Source: the human T2T-CHM13v2.0 reference genome, Homo sapiens
DNA: 64,000 bases
Strand: one strand, 5' to 3'
NCBI RefSeq assembly: GCF_009914755.1
Contig: NC_060946.1
Positions 59,423 to 64,000 of this stretch are shown piece after piece (the stretch's first letter is position 1; every line of letters begins with the position of its first letter). Under the pieces are notes generated by a model. That model saw nothing but the letters and a program-made list of their open reading frames with translations. It was not told the origin of the DNA and did no database searches. The position numbers and the translations under genes are program-made.

Positions 59423-59874
59423 CGCCTTCTAGATTTCTTAAATGCACTATGTCATTAACCGGCTTAGAACATTCCTAAGTGTATATTAAGCTCTCAATTG
59501 TTACCTTATTTCTTGATAAACTATTATCTTATAATTTTGTCTTATTTAGTAGGAAGCCTCCTGGGATTCTGTCATTGAGCTATAATCCATCTATATGTAG
59601 AACTGTGTGTCACACACACATACACATACCTATATGAGTCATATATGTGTATAGGAAATTCTCGCTTAACATCATTGATAGGTTCTTGGAAACTGTAAGT
59701 AAAGCAACATATTGTTTAAGAAAACTAATTTTACCAGAGTTTAATAAATAAAAACAAGTTATGTTTGAATGGCATGTAACAACATTGTTTCATTTAAAGA
59801 TGCAGTTTTCAAGAATCTATTTTGAACATTAAATGAGGACTTAACATACATCTGTGTTTGTGTGATACGGATTT

Positions 59875-61512
59875 TTCTGATAAAATTATATAACTATATT
59901 TAATTTGTACAATGTAATGATTTGATATGCATATACATTTTGAAACAAAATGTCAAGTTGATGAACACATTTATTACCTCACATAGATAACCATTTTTTT
60001 TTTGTCACAAGAACACTTGAGGTCTACTGTTGTAGCAAATTGTAAGCATACTTTACAGTATTACTATAAAGACAATGCTATTTTGCTAATCTAATGCTAA
60101 TGTACATTAGCTTTCTCAGACTTACTCAACTTACAACTAATCATTTGTACTCTTTGAACAGCATCTCCTCATATTCCCACCCTCAGGCACTAACAACCAC
60201 CATTCTACTCTCTGTTCCTATGAGTTTACATTTTTAGATTCCTCATCTAACTGAGAACATGCAGTTTCTTTGTGTTTGGCTTATTTCACTTAGCGTAATG
60301 TCTTCAAGGTCTATCAATGCTGTAAATGGCTAGATTTCCTTCTCTTTTATGGCTGAATAGTATTCTACTGTGTGTGTATATATATAAATTTTTTTGGCTA
60401 TTTTAAGCAAAACTAAAATGAACATGGGGCTGAAGATTGTTCTTTGAGGTACTAATTTTATTTCCTTTGGTAGTATTCCCAGAGGTGGTATTGCTGAATT
60501 ATGTGATACTTTCATTTTTATTTTTTACTGATTTGTATGATGACTTTATCAATTTATATCTCACTAGTGGCATACAGGATTTCCCTTGTATGTATGTCTT
60601 CTTTGTGGGAAAAACAAAACTAAACTTTTGCCTATTTTTGAATAGGTTATCATCATTATTGTTTTGCTTTGAATTGCAGAAGTTTCTTACACATTTTGGA
60701 TATTAACTATCAGATATATGGCTTGCAAATATTTTTCTATTGTGTAGGATTTTTTAAAATTTTGGTTTTTTCCTTTACTGTACAGAAGCTGTACACTTTG
60801 ATGCAGTCCCACTCTTTTGTATTTTCTTCTGTTGCTGTGCTTTTGATGACATACCAAATTGCCAAGACCAATATCAACAAGGTTTTTCCATATGTTTTAT
60901 TCAGGAGTTTTAAGCTTTTATGTCTTACATTTAAGTCTTTTATTTTGAGTTAATTTTGGGGTATGGTATAAGAAAATTTTATTTATGGTATAGTCTAATT
61001 TTATTCTTTTGCTTGTGGATATCCAGTTTTTCTGGTACCATGTATTGACAAGACTATACTTTCTGCATTGTATATTATTGGTGGCCTTGTCAAAGATTAG
61101 TTGACCTTGTATGCATGGATATGTTTCTGGGCTCCCTATTCTGTTGCATTGGTTTTTGTATCTGTTTTTATGCACATACTATACTCTTTTGATTACCATG
61201 ACCTTTAAGTAAAGTTTGAAATTAGAAAGTATGATGTCCCCAGCTTTGTTCTTTCTCAAGATTGCTCAGGTTATTTTAAGTTATTTAAGATAACACTTAA
61301 ATTTTACAATTGTGTTTTCTATTACTGTGAAAAATGCCACTCAAATTTTGATAGGGATGACATTGAATCTCCATATCACTTTGGATAATATTCCTTGACA
61401 ATATTAGTTATCCTAATGGAATATGTTTTCATTTATTTTTACCTACTTCAATTTCTGTCATCAATATCTTAACTGTGTTAGTGTATACATTTTTATCTCA
61501 TCCTTTACATTT
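59875..61512 (-). mobile_element. Old L1M (L1MA/MB-like) 3' portion
   Basis: Minus-strand ORF2-like peptides (QLIFDKA..SLVNTWY.KNWIS; SAIPPLGILPKE). Confidence 0.8.
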
Positions 61513-61745
<233 letters not shown>

Positions 61746-61989
61746 TGACCCAGCTATGACCTTTCTTCTCAGCAACCCCAGAGGTAATCTTATCAGCCTG
61801 GGGACCCAATAAAAGGAGATCTTTACTTGCCAAAGATAGTTTTTTTTAGTGGAGATGGGGTTTTGCCATAGTTTATAGAAACTGTTAAGAGTTGTTAGAT
61901 CCTTCAAATATACAGACATGGGGCTGTGTCAGGGACCAAAGCTGAGGCCAAGATCCACAAGCATGCCTCCAGGGCCACAGCTTCTACCT

Positions 61990-62456
61990 TAACATATTAC
62001 TGAAAGTTTGTATCAGAACAATTAGACAAGGAAAATAACAAAGCTTTCCAGCTTGGAATAAAAGTAAAAATGTTACTGTTTGTAGATAATATAATTATGC
62101 GTATATACAAAACCCTAGAGTGAAACAACAAAAACTGAACTAATAAATGCATTCATTAAGGTATCAGGATACATGACCAACATAAAAATACTTGTGGGGT
62201 TTTTTTGTTTGTTTGAGATAGGGTCTCACTCTGTTGCCCAGGCTCATCTCAAACTCCTGTGCTCAAGTGATCCACCTTCCTTGGCCTCTAGCCTCTGAAA
62301 GTGTGCAGGGACTACAGAAATGAGGCACTGCACCTGACCCTACATACAAATATTTGTTGCATTTCCATATAGTAACAACAAACTTTCCAAAAAAGAGAGA
62401 AAGTTTCCAATTGCAATAGTATAAAAATAAGGAACTTAATCAAAATAAATGTAAAG
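61990..62456 (+). mobile_element. L1M ORF2 fragment, inverted relative to the neighbouring L1M, containing a minus-strand Alu monomer (~62200-62340)
   Basis: CAATTAGACAAGGAAA..CTGTTTGTAGATAATATAATT (FADDM-like region). Confidence 0.7.
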
Positions 62457-62554
62457 TGACCGAGCATAGTGACTCACACCTGTAATGCCAGCACATTGGG
62501 ATGCCAAGGTGGGGAGATCACTTGAGGCCAGGAGTTCCAGACTAGCCTGGCCAT
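62457..62554 (+). mobile_element. Alu 5' part (left arm), broken
   Basis: GACCGAGCATAGTGACTCACACCTGTAAT...AGCCTGGCCA, then non-Alu sequence. Confidence 0.85.
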
Positions 62555-63532
62555 TGTGTCACAAGGGTGCTGCTAGGTCTGTTGTTTAAATGGCATATAG
62601 CAGCATTGTTTCATTTAAAGATGCAGTTTTCAAGAACCTATTTTGAACATTAAGTGAGAACTTACCATACATCTGTGTTTGAGTGATATGGGGTCTGCCT
62701 TTGATGGTTGTATTACCAGAGATTTGGACAGTCATGGATTCTTTCTGGGCCATGGAAAGATTAAATATCCTTGAGGACATTAATCTATATGGCAGGCAGT
62801 AGGGTAGGGTTTTACAGTTTGTCTGCATATGATGGCCCAAATACCATGTGTATGAATGGGATTGGCTTCTACTAACTACCTGGGAACAGGTTTCACAAGT
62901 CTCCATGTGGGTCCCTGAGTGTGTACAACTGGCCATGGACTGTGGCTGTGAGAGCTAGAACTGAGTCACAGGGCTGCTTCAAGGAGCACAGTTGAGGCCA
63001 AGATCTGCAGGCCTGCCTCCAGGGCCATGGCTGGGTGTGTTTCCCTGCAGGTCACTTGATGGGAAGGACCACTTTTGGACTATAGCTGAAGGAGTTTGAG
63101 AGAGGTTGCAGAACTGCTTTGTAATCTTCAGTAAGACCAAGCTCGGTGCCCCATTTCCTTGTCTGTAGCCATGTCTGTGGGCCCTTGAGTTGGCCACCTG
63201 GATGAGGGCCTGCTTTTCCCAAATAACCCTTTTTGATCTTTGGCACCACTGAGGTTTCACAACCCTAACCATAGGCAAGCACCTTTCTACTTCCGTTTTC
63301 CAGGAGTTTACTATTTAAAATATCTTATATACGTGGAATCATACACTGTCACTTTGTTGGTGTCTTATCTCACTTAAAATAATGGCTTTAAGATTTATCC
63401 TTATTGTAGCATCTGACAAGATATTTTCATTTGATGCTAAAGAATATTTCATTGTATGTATAAGCCACATCTTTTTAAATCATTCATCTATTGAAGGGTG
63501 TTTGAGTTTTTTCACTTTTTGGCTTTTGTAAG

Positions 63533-63952
63533 TGATATAGCTTGGATCTGGGTCCCCATTCAAATCTCATGTCAAGTTGCAGTCCCTAGTGTTGGAGGTG
63601 GGCCTGGTGGGAGGTGATGGGATCGTAGGGTTGGCTTCTCACGAATGGTTTAGCAGCAGCCCCTTTGGTACTGTCTTTGCCATAGTGAGTGACTTCTTCT
63701 GAGATCTCATTTTTCAAAAGCATGTGGCACCTTCCCTCTCGTGCTCTCTTGTTCCTGCTCCCACCATGTGAGATGACTCTCTGTCCCTTGTCTTTCTGCC
63801 ATGACTGGAAGCTTTTCAAGGCCTCCCCTAAAGCAGAAGCTGCTATGCTTGCCGTACAGCCTGCAGAACCATAAGCCAATTAAACCTCTTTTTAAAATAA
63901 ATTACCAAGTCTCAGGAATTTTCTTATAGCACTGCAAGAATAAACTAATACA
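63533..63952 (+). mobile_element. MaLR solo LTR (MSTA/B-like)
   Basis: TGATATAGCTTGGAT..CAAATCTCATG start; AAATTACCAAGTCTCAGG..ACTAATACA end. Confidence 0.88.
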
Positions 63953-64000
63953 GTGAATATGGATGTGCAAATACTTCTTTCAGGTATACATTGCATACTT

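Overview
Human or great-ape chromosome end, read from the telomere inward. It is eukaryotic, so nearly all ORFs in the supplied track are repeat-derived or spurious. Order along the window: (CCCTAA)n telomere (1-4109); variant repeats (4110-4578) joined to subtelomeric DNA with no recognisable TAR1/CpG-island TERRA promoter; a MER4-type ERV remnant with nested L1/Alu/MaLR insertions; a 7.3-kb deleted, type-2 HERV-K(HML-2) provirus with LTR5A-like LTRs (10722-18005); a degenerate internal telomere tract (~21.1-21.3 kb); several L1PA pieces, one carrying a solo LTR5B-like LTR flanked by a ~270-bp duplication; a processed BNIP3 pseudogene; and the CpG-island promoter plus ATG, KRAB-A and KRAB-B exons of ZNF595 or a near-identical paralog, with no zinc-finger exon in the window. 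This is the 4pter-type subtelomere. That block is known to be shared with acrocentric short-arm ends, so the arm cannot be assigned from the sequence alone. I see no new protein-coding system. The strongest unexplained signals are structural: the giant LTR target-site duplication, a complex inversion with templated inserts in intron 3, a gag-pol deletion with a divergent patch, an L1 3' transduction, private variants shared by two L1s, a TAR1-less end and a possible KRAB-only gene copy. Repeat subfamily names come from recalled consensus motifs, and the boundaries of old repeats are approximate.
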